NCBI GenBank assembly: GCA_903821745.1
Contig: CAIJMI010000005.1
Coordinates: forward strand, 135,802 to 199,801
DNA: 64,000 nt
Origin: Candidatus Gottesmanbacteria bacterium
Lineage (GTDB): Bacteria > Patescibacteriota > Microgenomatia > UBA10105 > UBA927
Reading direction: 5' to 3'
Position numbers and translations under genes: made by a program
Notes under the pieces: generated by a model
Databases searched by the model: none
The model's input: only the letters and a program-made list of their open reading frames with translations
What the model was told of the DNA's origin: nothing
Shown here: one piece after another, positions 29,499 to 41,723 of the stretch
How positions within the stretch are numbered: position 1 is the first letter of the stretch
Layout of the letters: the number at the start of each line of letters is the position of its first letter

Positions 29499-30161
29499 AT
29501 GCATACATTTTTAATTATTGGCGGTTCTTTAGAAGATCGCAAAAACAAAATTACGAGTCTTTTGAATCGAGATGACATCAGGGCCATTGATATAAAAACC
29601 CTTGAGTTATCCGAAAATACCGCATCCCTTGGTATTAAAGCAGTCAAAGAGTGGCAAAAACAACTGCTCCTTATGCCGCGCATGTCGCCCTTCACTGCCG
29701 GGCTCATCATGTCTGCTGATCTTTTGACGACAGAAGCACAAAATGCACTCCTGAAAACGCTTGAAGAGCCACCAAAACATACGCGTATATATATGGAAGC
29801 GCCGTCAGATGTAGTATTTCTTCCAACCATTCTTTCCCGATCAGAGATTATGCAACTTCCCACGCACGCGCTCATTATTGAAACGGCAGCACAAATTCTG
29901 GAACAACTCAAACAACTGACCGACCCGAAAACATCGACAGGACAGGTTGTCCATATGATTGATTCAGACATAAAAAATAAAGAAGAAGCAGCGACGTGGC
30001 TTTCCAATGCGATCACTGTACTCCATAATGCACGACAAAATTTTTCCAAAACCACTTATATTTCCCTCATGAACCATCTCCTGTTGGGACTCAAACAACT
30101 GCATGCCAACGTTTCATATAAACTGGTTCTTGATCAGGTATTTTTATCCGAAAAACACTAG
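29499..30161 (+). CDS. holB: DNA polymerase III delta-prime-like protein (short)
   Basis: EAQNALLKTLEEPP, LPTILSR. Confidence 0.8.
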   Translation: MHTFLIIGGSLEDRKNKITSLLNRDDIRAIDIKTLELSENTASLGIKAVKEWQKQLLLMPRMSPFTAGLIMSADLLTTEAQNALLKTLEEPPKHTRIYMEAPSDVVFLPTILSRSEIMQLPTHALIIETAAQILEQLKQLTDPKTSTGQVVHMIDSDIKNKEEAATWLSNAITVLHNARQNFSKTTYISLMNHLLLGLKQLHANVSYKLVLDQVFLSEKH

Positions 30162-30198
30162 ACAAACCCAGTTCCTTTGTATACAATGAATATAGTTT

Positions 30199-30225
30199 GA
30201 GCTTCGTAAGTGAGGCTCCTTTTTT
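30199..30225 (+). terminator. Terminator-like hairpin upstream of gyrB
   Basis: GAGCTTCG-TAAG-TGAGGCTC then CTTTTTT. Confidence 0.5.
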
Positions 30226-30230
30226 CTTAA

Positions 30231-32168
<1,938 letters not shown>

Positions 32169-32236
32169 GGAAAATATTTATATAATAGGAAGGTTCAAAC
32201 AGGAGATATTCGTATAAAAATTTTATAAGGAGAATT

Positions 32237-34261
32237 ATGGATATACAGTTAATTGCTCTTTTCACTGCCCCAGCAACAGCACTTATTGCTCTTATTTATG
32301 GAGCGATGCTCGTCAAACGAACACTCAAGGAAGAAGAGGGGTCAGATAAGTTAAGGCAAATTGGAAAAGCCGTTTCTGACGGAGCAATGGCATATCTTGC
32401 CAAACAATTTAAAGTAGTCATTCCATTCATGGTTATCCTTGGAATCGTCATTGCCCTCACACTCGGCACTGGTATGGCAGCAACGTTTCTTCTTGGCGCC
32501 ACATTTTCAGCCATCATTGGCTACGTTGGTATGTGGGTGGCCGTCAAAGCAAACGTTCGAACTGCAAATGCTGCCATTAAAGGATTAAACCCAGCACTTC
32601 GGGTGGCATTCGGCGCAGGAACCGTCAACGGCATGCTTGTTGTGGGCCTTGGACTATTAGGTGTTTCCATTGTCTACATGTGGTCATACTTTTCATTCAT
32701 TGGACAGGGTGCTGATGCGGTCGCAAAATCTGCAACGAACGTCCTTGTCGGATATGGATTTGGAGCAGCATTATTAGCCCTGTTCATGAGAGTCGGTGGA
32801 GGAATTTTTACAAAAGCTGCTGACGTCGGAGCAGATCTTGTCGGAAAAGTAGAAAAGGGAATTCCTGAAGATGATCCACGAAATCCAGCAACTATTGCTG
32901 ACAACGTCGGAGATAACGTCGGAGACTGTGCTGGTATGGCAGCAGACGTCTTTGAATCCTACGCGTTAACCATCGTTGCTGCTATGATTTTAGGTGGTAA
33001 TTTATTCGGACTTAAAGGGGTGGTATTCCCACTTCTTGCCAGATCCGGAGCAATTTTAACCTCCATTTTAGGATCATTCTTCGTGAAAGCGAAAAATGAC
33101 AAAGAGTATCCAATCAAACCGTTAATCCGAGGATTCATGGTTTCTGCAGTTGCAGCCATCATTATTTTTATGGGACTTGCAACATTCCTGCTTAATGAAC
33201 CACGAGCTGGATATGCAGCCATTATGGGTATCGTAGCAATGGTCGCACTGCTCTTAATCACAAAATTCTATACCGGACCGGGAGAAAAACCAATTGTTGG
33301 TATTGCCCAAGCATCCAGAACTGGTGCAGGAACCAACATTATCGCGGGTCTGGGATACGGAATGGAATCAACATTCGTTTCCGTTTTGGTTGTCGCAGCC
33401 GCCATTTATGCGGGCTATGCAATCTTTGGATTCTACGGTATTTCCCTAGTCGGCATGGGAATGCTGGCAACAACCGGTATTATTATGGCACTTGATACCT
33501 TCGGACCAATTTCTGACAATGCCCAAGGCATGGTCGAAATGGCAGGACTCAAAGGAAAAGCACCAGAAGTAACTGGAAATTTGGATGCCGTTGGAAATAC
33601 GACAAAGGCACTGACAAAAGGATTTGCAGTGGGATCAGCAGCGGTGGCTGCATGTTCCCTGTTTGCAACATATTTTGAAGCAACAGGGCTCACAACAATC
33701 GATATTGCCAATCCAAGAGTCTTTGTAGGAGTTCTGCTTGGAGGAGCACTGCCATTCTTGTTTAGCTCGAGACTCATCAATTCTGTTGGTCGAGCAGCAT
33801 TTGAGGTGGTCGAAGAGGTAAGACGACAATTTAAAGAAATCAAAGGAATCATGGAAGGAAAAGCCCTTCCTGATTATTCCCGCGCCGTTGCCATCGTCAC
33901 AACTGCTGCGCAACGAGAGTTGGTTATCCCAGCACTGATGGTTGTCTCCATGCCAATTGCCGCAGGGCTTCTTGGAGCACAAGCGCTCGGAGGATTTTTA
34001 GGCGGGGTCGTCGTCGTCGGACTTATGCTTGCATTTTTTATGTGCAACACCGGTGGAGCATGGGACAATGCCAAAAAATATGTTGAGGATGGAAATTTTG
34101 GTGGCAAAGGCAGCGACACGCATAAAGCTGCAGTTGTCGGAGACACAGTCGGCGATCCGTTAAAAGATACCGCTGGTCCAGCCTTAAATCCAATGATGAA
34201 AATCGTACAAGTCGTGGCGCTGCTTGTCGCCCCATTTGTCATCCAATTCATTGGGAAATAA
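32237..34261 (+). CDS. hppA: Membrane-integral pyrophosphatase, K+-independent H+-pumping type
   Basis: DVGADLVGKVE, DNVGDNVGD, GNTTKA, GGAWDNAKK, GDPLKDT. Confidence 0.95.
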   Translation: MDIQLIALFTAPATALIALIYGAMLVKRTLKEEEGSDKLRQIGKAVSDGAMAYLAKQFKVVIPFMVILGIVIALTLGTGMAATFLLGATFSAIIGYVGMWVAVKANVRTANAAIKGLNPALRVAFGAGTVNGMLVVGLGLLGVSIVYMWSYFSFIGQGADAVAKSATNVLVGYGFGAALLALFMRVGGGIFTKAADVGADLVGKVEKGIPEDDPRNPATIADNVGDNVGDCAGMAADVFESYALTIVAAMILGGNLFGLKGVVFPLLARSGAILTSILGSFFVKAKNDKEYPIKPLIRGFMVSAVAAIIIFMGLATFLLNEPRAGYAAIMGIVAMVALLLITKFYTGPGEKPIVGIAQASRTGAGTNIIAGLGYGMESTFVSVLVVAAAIYAGYAIFGFYGISLVGMGMLATTGIIMALDTFGPISDNAQGMVEMAGLKGKAPEVTGNLDAVGNTTKALTKGFAVGSAAVAACSLFATYFEATGLTTIDIANPRVFVGVLLGGALPFLFSSRLINSVGRAAFEVVEEVRRQFKEIKGIMEGKALPDYSRAVAIVTTAAQRELVIPALMVVSMPIAAGLLGAQALGGFLGGVVVVGLMLAFFMCNTGGAWDNAKKYVEDGNFGGKGSDTHKAAVVGDTVGDPLKDTAGPALNPMMKIVQVVALLVAPFVIQFIGK

Positions 34262-34303
34262 CGAAACTCGTACAAATTAGTAACGGTTACGTCGGTAGGT
34301 ATC

Positions 34304-36805
34304 ATGAATATCGGAAAAATTATTCAATCAGAAATCGTGACAGAAATGCAAAAGTCATATCTTGACTATGCTATGTCGGTCATCGTATCCCGCGCCCTTC
34401 CTGATGTTCGTGATGGCATGAAACCAGTGCACCGACGCATTTTGTATGCAATGCACACAACCGGTCTTGCGCATAACGCAAAATATAAAAAAAGTGCATC
34501 GGTGGTCGGAGAAGTGCTGGGAAAATACCATCCACATGGTGATTCTTCCGTGTATGAGGCATTAGTCAGACTTGCACAAGAATTTTCCATGCGGTATCCA
34601 CTCGTTGATGGGCAAGGAAACTTTGGTTCCATTGATGGAGATCCACCAGCAGCCATGCGGTATACCGAGTGTCGGCTTGCTGCAATATCAGGAGAAATGA
34701 TGCTTGATATTGAAAAAGATACCGTGGATTTCTTGCCGAATTTTGATGGATCAACCAAAGAACCAGCATATTTACCAGCAAAATTACCCAATCTTTTGCT
34801 CATGGGATCAGAAGGTATCGCGGTTGGAATGGCAACAAAAATTCCACCGCATAACTTAGGAGAAATCGTGGATGCCCTAGTCCACATGATTGATAAAATT
34901 ACGATCGTGAAAGGAAAAGATAAAAGCCATGATACGCCGGAATATTCCTTCAATAGCACTCTTGATGATCTCATGGAATTTGTGCAGGGCCCGGATTTTC
35001 CAACAGCTGGAGCCATTTATGATATTAATGAAATTAAATCTGCGTATGGAACCGGAAAAGGCAAAATTGTCATGCGCGGTAAGGCAGAGATTGAAGAAAT
35101 TGGGCAGGGAAAATCCGCAATTTCAATAACGGAGCTTCCATATCAGGTCAACAAAGCAAATCTCGTCATGAAGATTGCCGACCTCGTGAAAGATAAAAAA
35201 TTGGACGGCATTTCTGACCTTCGGGATGAATCAGACCGACACGGTATTCGCGTCGTTATTGAACTCAAACGGGATGCACATCCAAAACAGGTATTAAACA
35301 ATTTATACAAATACACTGATCTCCAAACCACATTCCCGGTAAACATGGTAGCCCTCGTTGATAACACACCACAAACCTGTACATTAAAACTGATTCTTGA
35401 AGAATACTTAAAACACCGCCAATTTGTTATCCGCCGAAGAAGCGAATTTGAACTCGCGGAAGCAAAAAAACGGGAACACATTTTGGAAGGATTAAAAATT
35501 GCCGTTGATCATATTGATGAAGTCATCGCCATCATTAAAAAAAGCAAAGATGCGGATGAGGCAAAAACAAAGTTAATGACACGGTTCAAGCTCTCTGAAA
35601 TTCAAGCAACCGCAATTTTGGATATGCAGCTGCGGAAACTTGCAGCCCTTGAACGAGAAAAAATTGAAGATGAACTTGCCATGATTCGGGAAACCATTGC
35701 ATACCTCAATGATCTTCTGGAACACCCAGAAAAAATATTTAAAGTCATCAAAGATGAACTGTTAAAACTCAAAGAAAAATACGGGGATAACCGACGGACA
35801 AAAGTATACAAAAGCAAAGTCGGAGAATTTAGTGAAGAACAGCTCATTCCAAATGAAGACACCATCATAACCATGAGCACCTCAGGATATATTAAACGGG
35901 TTCCGCCAACATCATTCAAAACCCAAGAACGAGGAGGCAAAGGGGTCATCGGTATGACCACAAAAGAAGAAGATGCCATTGATATGGTGGTTTCTGCAAA
36001 AACACACGATAACTTGTTGTTCTTTACGGAAAAAGGGAAAGTCTATCAGGTACGTGCCTGGGACCTCCCAGAGGCCTCCAGACAGTCCAAAGGTCAGGCA
36101 GTTGTCAATGTGATCAACGTTGAATCCGGAGAAAAAGTAACATCCATGTTGACCTACACCTTAGATTCCAAACAACAGAAAGAACAAGGCGTCAAATTCA
36201 TCATCATGGCAACCAAAAAGGGTGTCATCAAAAAAAGCAAACTCACCGAATATGAAAACATCCGAAGAAACGGACTGGTCGCAATAAAACTTGATAGTGG
36301 AGACGAACTAGAATGGGTCAAACTCACAGGCGGCGATGATGAGATTCTATTGGTTACCCATGAAGGAAAATCCATTCGGTTTAATGAAGAAGAAGTTCGA
36401 GGAACCGGTCGAGACACCATGGGAGTTCGAGGAATACTATTAAAAGGCAATGATTATCTCGTCAGTATGGATGTCATCACAAAAGAAAACAAATCCCATG
36501 ATTTCTTAACCATCATGGAAAAAGGCATTGGTAAAAAAACCGCTATTACCGGTTTTCCAAAACAACGCCGTGGTGGACAGGGAGTGAAAGTTGCAGAAGT
36601 AAAGGATAAAACAGGAAAAGTGGTTGTCTCACAAATTGTTCCATCAGAAACAGAATCCATTATTATTACATCCATGAAAGGCCAGGTGGTTAAGCTTCCC
36701 ATTGATTCCATGCCACGGTTAGGTAGAGCAACATCAGGTGTGATTCTTATGCGGTTTACTGATAAAACGGATACTGTCGCCGCTGCCACATGTCTGACAA
36801 AGTAA
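34304..36805 (+). CDS. gyrA: DNA gyrase subunit A
   Basis: YHPHGD, AAMRYTE, GyrA-box QERGGKG, beta-pinwheel C-terminal domain. Confidence 0.97.
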   Translation: MNIGKIIQSEIVTEMQKSYLDYAMSVIVSRALPDVRDGMKPVHRRILYAMHTTGLAHNAKYKKSASVVGEVLGKYHPHGDSSVYEALVRLAQEFSMRYPLVDGQGNFGSIDGDPPAAMRYTECRLAAISGEMMLDIEKDTVDFLPNFDGSTKEPAYLPAKLPNLLLMGSEGIAVGMATKIPPHNLGEIVDALVHMIDKITIVKGKDKSHDTPEYSFNSTLDDLMEFVQGPDFPTAGAIYDINEIKSAYGTGKGKIVMRGKAEIEEIGQGKSAISITELPYQVNKANLVMKIADLVKDKKLDGISDLRDESDRHGIRVVIELKRDAHPKQVLNNLYKYTDLQTTFPVNMVALVDNTPQTCTLKLILEEYLKHRQFVIRRRSEFELAEAKKREHILEGLKIAVDHIDEVIAIIKKSKDADEAKTKLMTRFKLSEIQATAILDMQLRKLAALEREKIEDELAMIRETIAYLNDLLEHPEKIFKVIKDELLKLKEKYGDNRRTKVYKSKVGEFSEEQLIPNEDTIITMSTSGYIKRVPPTSFKTQERGGKGVIGMTTKEEDAIDMVVSAKTHDNLLFFTEKGKVYQVRAWDLPEASRQSKGQAVVNVINVESGEKVTSMLTYTLDSKQQKEQGVKFIIMATKKGVIKKSKLTEYENIRRNGLVAIKLDSGDELEWVKLTGGDDEILLVTHEGKSIRFNEEEVRGTGRDTMGVRGILLKGNDYLVSMDVITKENKSHDFLTIMEKGIGKKTAITGFPKQRRGGQGVKVAEVKDKTGKVVVSQIVPSETESIIITSMKGQVVKLPIDSMPRLGRATSGVILMRFTDKTDTVAAATCLTK

Positions 36806-36828
36806 GAGATCTTATTTGAATACAGATT

Positions 36829-37731
36829 ATGCATACCAAGGAACAACTCCTCGGATCGTTAAGCATTTTCACTGCAACAGTTATATATGGATTTTTTAGT
36901 ATTCTTGCACGCGTCGTTGGCTATTCCATTCCAATCTTTTACCAAAACTGGACAAGGGAGGCTGTTGCAACTCTGCTTCTTATTCTCATGGTTGTTGCAA
37001 CAAAAACAGCATGGAAACCTTTATCTCCATCCGCAACAAAATGGATATTACTTCGTACCGTTGTTGGAAGTGCCACATTCTTAACCTATTTTTACTGCAT
37101 CAATCACATGCCAATCGGCACTACCTATTTCTTGTTTTATGGAGGAACGGGCGTCTTTGGTTACCTTCTTGGGATGATGCTATTCAATGAAAAACTCACC
37201 CCGGTAAAATGGATATCGATCATGCTTGCGCTCAGCGGGCTGTTGTTGATTTTTTCACTCAATTTTACCAACACCCCATTGTATCTTATCCTTATGGCGC
37301 TCGCGGCTGGAGCAGGAAGTGCATTCTGGTATTCTATTGTTAAAAAAGTAACCACATATCCCGTTATACAATTAACACTATTGGACAATCTTATTCCAAT
37401 ACCCGTATATATTATTATTTCGCTGTCTATTGGTGAACAATGGATAATACCAACGTTTACTCCTGTATGGATCGCAAGTTTCATCTATGGCGCGTTATTT
37501 GTTATCACCGGATCTCTTGTGGTCTATGGATTTCACCGAGTCGAAGCACAAATTGGAACCATTATTATGCTTGCGGAAGTTCCCATCGCTATCTTCTTAG
37601 CATTTCTGTTTTATAAAGAAACCATATCACTAACTGCTGTGATCGGTGGCATACTCATTCTCTCGGCCATTCTTATTCCTGAAATTTTAATGTTACGAGC
37701 AAATCACAAAAAAAGAAAAAACAACACATGA
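36829..37731 (+). CDS. DMT/EamA family transporter
   Basis: ~10 TM helices with duplicated FNEK / FYKE pattern. Confidence 0.85.
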   Translation: MHTKEQLLGSLSIFTATVIYGFFSILARVVGYSIPIFYQNWTREAVATLLLILMVVATKTAWKPLSPSATKWILLRTVVGSATFLTYFYCINHMPIGTTYFLFYGGTGVFGYLLGMMLFNEKLTPVKWISIMLALSGLLLIFSLNFTNTPLYLILMALAAGAGSAFWYSIVKKVTTYPVIQLTLLDNLIPIPVYIIISLSIGEQWIIPTFTPVWIASFIYGALFVITGSLVVYGFHRVEAQIGTIIMLAEVPIAIFLAFLFYKETISLTAVIGGILILSAILIPEILMLRANHKKRKNNT

Positions 37732-38219
37732 CCCCGGAAATATCAAAACATCTTATTCCAATAAGATTAATGGAATTTGTGAACCTTGAACCCTCAAATG
37801 GAGTCAATCGATTTAAATTAGAGGGAGCAGACAATGGTCATGCACATGTAGATGCAATAACTGGATTATTCGAACACACAACCCCGCTTGGAACCATGCT
37901 TTCACTCAACCAATATATTTGTACCCCTGAAAAAGAAAGTAATTTAAATTATTTATCTCGGATTATGCATATGACAGTTCCTGCCAAATATACTGAATAT
38001 AAGGAAAACGAAGCGCAACGACTGTGGTATGGAGAACGATGTACAAAAAATGGATTACCTATTGTTGCAGTGCTTTTTGGAACAGAGTTGGATTCAATAA
38101 CAAAACAACCTACTGACATTCCGTTTGTGCAACTATGTGTGATACGAGGCATGACACCTCACGTTGCATTAAAAAGTATACAAAATGTCGCTAAAATGTA
38201 TTTAGCAGATAATAATTAA
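37728..38219 (+). CDS. Hypothetical protein
   Basis: 163-aa ORF with ATGA overlap; no recognisable motif. Confidence 0.55.
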   Translation: MTPEISKHLIPIRLMEFVNLEPSNGVNRFKLEGADNGHAHVDAITGLFEHTTPLGTMLSLNQYICTPEKESNLNYLSRIMHMTVPAKYTEYKENEAQRLWYGERCTKNGLPIVAVLFGTELDSITKQPTDIPFVQLCVIRGMTPHVALKSIQNVAKMYLADNN

Positions 38220-38263
38220 AGCATCTAACTATTTCTCAAATATTTTTGCTATACTAGATCTAT

Positions 38264-38998
38264 ATGAAAAACACCATTACTGGACTCTTACTATTTTTTG
38301 TATCACTTTTTGTCTATACCAAATTTGCAGGTCCCATACCCTTTAGTATTACTAATGTAACAAGTAATAAGTCAGAAGCGTTTACTGTAACAGGGGAGGG
38401 GAAAGTTTCCGTCAAACCAGATATTGCCACCATCAATGTTGGCGTCCAAGCAAACGGAACAACAGTGCAAAATGTGCAAGATAATTTAAACAAAAATATC
38501 AATGCAATAACTGCTGCAGTAAAAAAGACTGGAATCGACGAAAAAGACATCCAAACATCAAATTATAACCTCTCCCCGACTTATGATTTTACAAACAGTG
38601 TACAACGAATTACTGGATATCAAGCATCCAGTAATTTAACAATCAAAGTGAGAAAAATTGATACCGCAAATAATGTTGTTGATGCGGCAACCGCAGCTGG
38701 GGCAAACACAGTTGGCGGAATCAGTTTTGACGTTGATGACAAAACAAAAGCAATGGATGATGCAAGGAAATTAGCCGTTGCTGATGCAAAAGCAAAAGCT
38801 GAACAAGCGGCACAAACAACAGGATTTACTCTAGGTAAAATTATCAACTACCAAGAGTCTACCAACAATATCCGACCCATGCCGATGTACGCAAAAACAG
38901 ACGTCGCAACCGGAATGGGAGCAGGCGTCGCTACGGAGCTCTCAACAGGGACAACGGATATCACGTTAACCGTAACCTTAAGTTACGAAGTGAAGTAA
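38264..38998 (+). CDS. SIMPL (DUF541) domain protein
   Basis: VTGEGKVSVKPDIA, DIQTSNYNLSP, AVADAKAKA. Confidence 0.9.
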   Translation: MKNTITGLLLFFVSLFVYTKFAGPIPFSITNVTSNKSEAFTVTGEGKVSVKPDIATINVGVQANGTTVQNVQDNLNKNINAITAAVKKTGIDEKDIQTSNYNLSPTYDFTNSVQRITGYQASSNLTIKVRKIDTANNVVDAATAAGANTVGGISFDVDDKTKAMDDARKLAVADAKAKAEQAAQTTGFTLGKIINYQESTNNIRPMPMYAKTDVATGMGAGVATELSTGTTDITLTVTLSYEVK

Positions 38999-39103
38999 AA
39001 CGCCAAAAAAGCAGGATTTAGCCTCATTTTTTGCCTCTTGTCGTGGACGGTCTAGCGCGATAGAATGATCCATACCCCCAAGTTAAGGAAAAAAGGAACG
39101 TGT

Positions 39104-39703
39104 ATGGGAAGAAGTAAAGCACAACCGATTCAACAACCCGACGACACAACGTGTGGTCCAAGCGCGCTTAAAATTGCGCTGTCTATTTTCGGTGTTAAGA
39201 AATCCCTAAAAAGTCTTATTGAACTTTGCAAGACAAACAGTAATGGAACATCTACCAAAAATCTCATTCATGCGGCAAACAGTCTAGGATTTTCCTTGTT
39301 GGCTGTTGAATATTCAACGCTTTCACACCTGCAAAGTGCACTAAAATACACACCAAACAACCTTCGAGCCACCATGGTGAGCTATCTTTATGACCTCGAC
39401 GAAAAAGATCAGCCACATCCAGATAGTGGCCATTGGGCAACCGTAGCATCATATCTGCCAAGCAAAAATAGAATCGTTCTTTTGGATAGTGCAACTTCAA
39501 AACGAAAATCCTACAATTGGCAGGATTTTCGGGAACGCTGGTTTGATTTTGACCTCAAGAGGAAAAAGCTCTCAAAAACAGGGAAGAAATTTAAACTCAT
39601 CCGTCATTGGCAGCCGCAACTCATGCTTGTCCTAGCTAAAGATGTAAAACATTTACCAAAATTTGAAACATCAACATCCAAATTATTTGAGGCCATTTCG
39701 TAA
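39104..39703 (+). CDS. C39-like cysteine peptidase
   Basis: QQPDDTTCGPSAL, GT, GHW, LLDS catalytic pattern. Confidence 0.8.
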   Translation: MGRSKAQPIQQPDDTTCGPSALKIALSIFGVKKSLKSLIELCKTNSNGTSTKNLIHAANSLGFSLLAVEYSTLSHLQSALKYTPNNLRATMVSYLYDLDEKDQPHPDSGHWATVASYLPSKNRIVLLDSATSKRKSYNWQDFRERWFDFDLKRKKLSKTGKKFKLIRHWQPQLMLVLAKDVKHLPKFETSTSKLFEAIS

Positions 39704-40696
39704 CTTGCCGGCTCTTCTCATACACGACTGAACAATCTTCCACACAAAATCGGCAAATGTCATACCGACCGCCATATAGGAAACGGTCATACCGTAAAGT
39801 GGATGGTCGGATAATCCTGGATTTGCGTTTGCCTCAAGAATCAAAAGTTGGTCTTTGTCATTGAATCGAGCATCAATCCGGGTAAAATCATCAAACTGAA
39901 ATGCAGTAAACGCTACTTTACATATTTTTTCAAAATCATTGAGCTGTTCTTTCGTGAGTTTAGCAAGTGCCATCCCGGACGTATGAAAATCCGGATGATC
40001 TTCATTCCACCGACTCTCATAAGAAAGCATCGCCTGTGTTCCTTGCACTTTATACGTTACTTCTGCCGGAGGCAGCATAATAAGCCCTGTTATATCTTCA
40101 TAGAGTGTAATTTGAAATTCGCGTCCGGAAAGAAACTCTTCTGCAATAATGGGTTGTGTATATGTTATAAGCTGTTCCCGAACCTTTACTATAAGTTCTT
40201 CCGCATTGTTTACTATAGACCCTGATCCCAGTCCCACACTGCAATGTTCCTTTGCAAGCTTCACAATGCACGGGTACGAAAAATCGTTCCGTACCAATTC
40301 ATTTCCAATTTCAAACAATTGCCACTTCGGCGTTGGCAACTGATGGGCACCCATGGTTTGTTTCATGAGTACTTTATCTGCCCCCCTGGCAAATGCATCA
40401 CGGGATGCGCCGGTAAACGGAATGCCAGTTTGAACAAGAACATCCATCGCTTCAATACTTAACGGTAGATCAAGTCCGGTCCAATCAATAATATTGACGA
40501 TACAATCAGCCTGAATTCCCATAATGGTTTTTTCGATGGAATCTTCAGCAACCGCAACTAAGAATGCGTCCGCACCTTTTTCCTTCAGCGCTTCTTCCAC
40601 TTCATGGGCGGACTCAACAGTATCATCATCCGTTGCAATAAATTTACTTTCTGTTGCGCGTTTTGTTGGAAGACTGAATAAGACTGCAATTTTCAT
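39683..40696 (-). CDS. D-Ala-D-Ala ligase-like ATP-grasp protein
   Basis: GIPFTG, DKVLMK, EEFLSGREF, RIDAR, LEANANPG. Confidence 0.85.
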   Translation of the reverse strand: MKIAVLFSLPTKRATESKFIATDDDTVESAHEVEEALKEKGADAFLVAVAEDSIEKTIMGIQADCIVNIIDWTGLDLPLSIEAMDVLVQTGIPFTGASRDAFARGADKVLMKQTMGAHQLPTPKWQLFEIGNELVRNDFSYPCIVKLAKEHCSVGLGSGSIVNNAEELIVKVREQLITYTQPIIAEEFLSGREFQITLYEDITGLIMLPPAEVTYKVQGTQAMLSYESRWNEDHPDFHTSGMALAKLTKEQLNDFEKICKVAFTAFQFDDFTRIDARFNDKDQLLILEANANPGLSDHPLYGMTVSYMAVGMTFADFVWKIVQSCMRRAGKLRNGLK

Positions 40697-40701
40697 AGTG
40701 T

Positions 40702-41682
40702 TTAATGTCTGTGAAACCGCTCATGAATTGACCGAAGTTGTGGATTAGTAATGTGGGTATATATTTGCGTTGTTGAGATATTTTTGTGTCCTAACATCTC
40801 CTGAATAGCACGAAGATCAGCTCCTGCAGACAACAGATCCGTCGCAAAACTGTGCCGCAGTCCATGTGGTGTAATCTTAATCGGCAGCCGTGCTTTCTTG
40901 ACATATTTTTCAACCAACCGTTCAACGCTTCGGGCAGAAAGCCTGATACTTTCACCATGTGGATCATGCTCGTCCGGCTTCTTTCCAGAATACCTTATAA
41001 ATAAAGGATCCAAATCATCATCACGCGTTTCCAAATACCGTTTTGTCCAATCAACCGATGAGTCAGATAAAAAGACAACCCGGGCCCGTCGGCCCTTTCC
41101 AATAACGCCAAATTCCTTTCGTTCCAGATTAATCTGATCTCGATTAAGCTTCGTAAGTTCTGAAACACGGAGCCCTGTTGAAAACAACATTTCAAGAATT
41201 GCTTTGTCCCGAAGTCCTTCATTGGTAGAAATTTCCGGCATATTCAACAGTTGTTCCACCTGATCCCGTTCCAAGAATTTGATGCTTCTGCTTTCTGCCT
41301 TTGGGAGGTCAATTTTATCTGCAGACACTGTGCCAACATCTCGTTTTGCGCAATATTTGAGGAATGATCGGACAGCGATCAGATGGTAATTCTGCGTCAC
41401 GCGTTTGAGACTCATATTATGCTCATCCACGTATCTCGACAAAAACAACCGATATTGTCGGATTGACTCGGATGTAACTGCAGAAACCGGAATTGTTTTT
41501 CGTTTGTCCGATTGTTCTTTTACTGCTTCCTCCGATTTTTTATCTATCAAAAGGGGAGTCCCAACAAGATAATCCAAAAACCGGTTCAAATAATGACCAT
41601 AGTTACGGATTGTCAGCGGTGAAACATTCCGCTCAATTTCTAAATATTCTAAAAATTCATTAATAAGTTGTGTAAGCGGCAT
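40702..41682 (-). CDS. Xer-family tyrosine recombinase (start ATG 41682)
   Basis: SPLTIRNY N-domain, TGLRVSEL, GKGRRAR, HGLRHSFAT, LGH, TTQIY. Confidence 0.95.
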   Translation of the reverse strand: MPLTQLINEFLEYLEIERNVSPLTIRNYGHYLNRFLDYLVGTPLLIDKKSEEAVKEQSDKRKTIPVSAVTSESIRQYRLFLSRYVDEHNMSLKRVTQNYHLIAVRSFLKYCAKRDVGTVSADKIDLPKAESRSIKFLERDQVEQLLNMPEISTNEGLRDKAILEMLFSTGLRVSELTKLNRDQINLERKEFGVIGKGRRARVVFLSDSSVDWTKRYLETRDDDLDPLFIRYSGKKPDEHDPHGESIRLSARSVERLVEKYVKKARLPIKITPHGLRHSFATDLLSAGADLRAIQEMLGHKNISTTQIYTHITNPQLRSIHERFHRH

Positions 41683-41692
41683 AGTAATATAC

Positions 41693-41723
41693 GACGTCTT
41701 TACAATTATTGTTGTACGACGTC
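41693..41723. other. dif-like inverted-repeat site adjacent to xer start
   Basis: GACGTCTTTACAA-TTATTG-TTGTACGACGTC: 13/12-bp arms, 6-bp centre. Confidence 0.55.
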
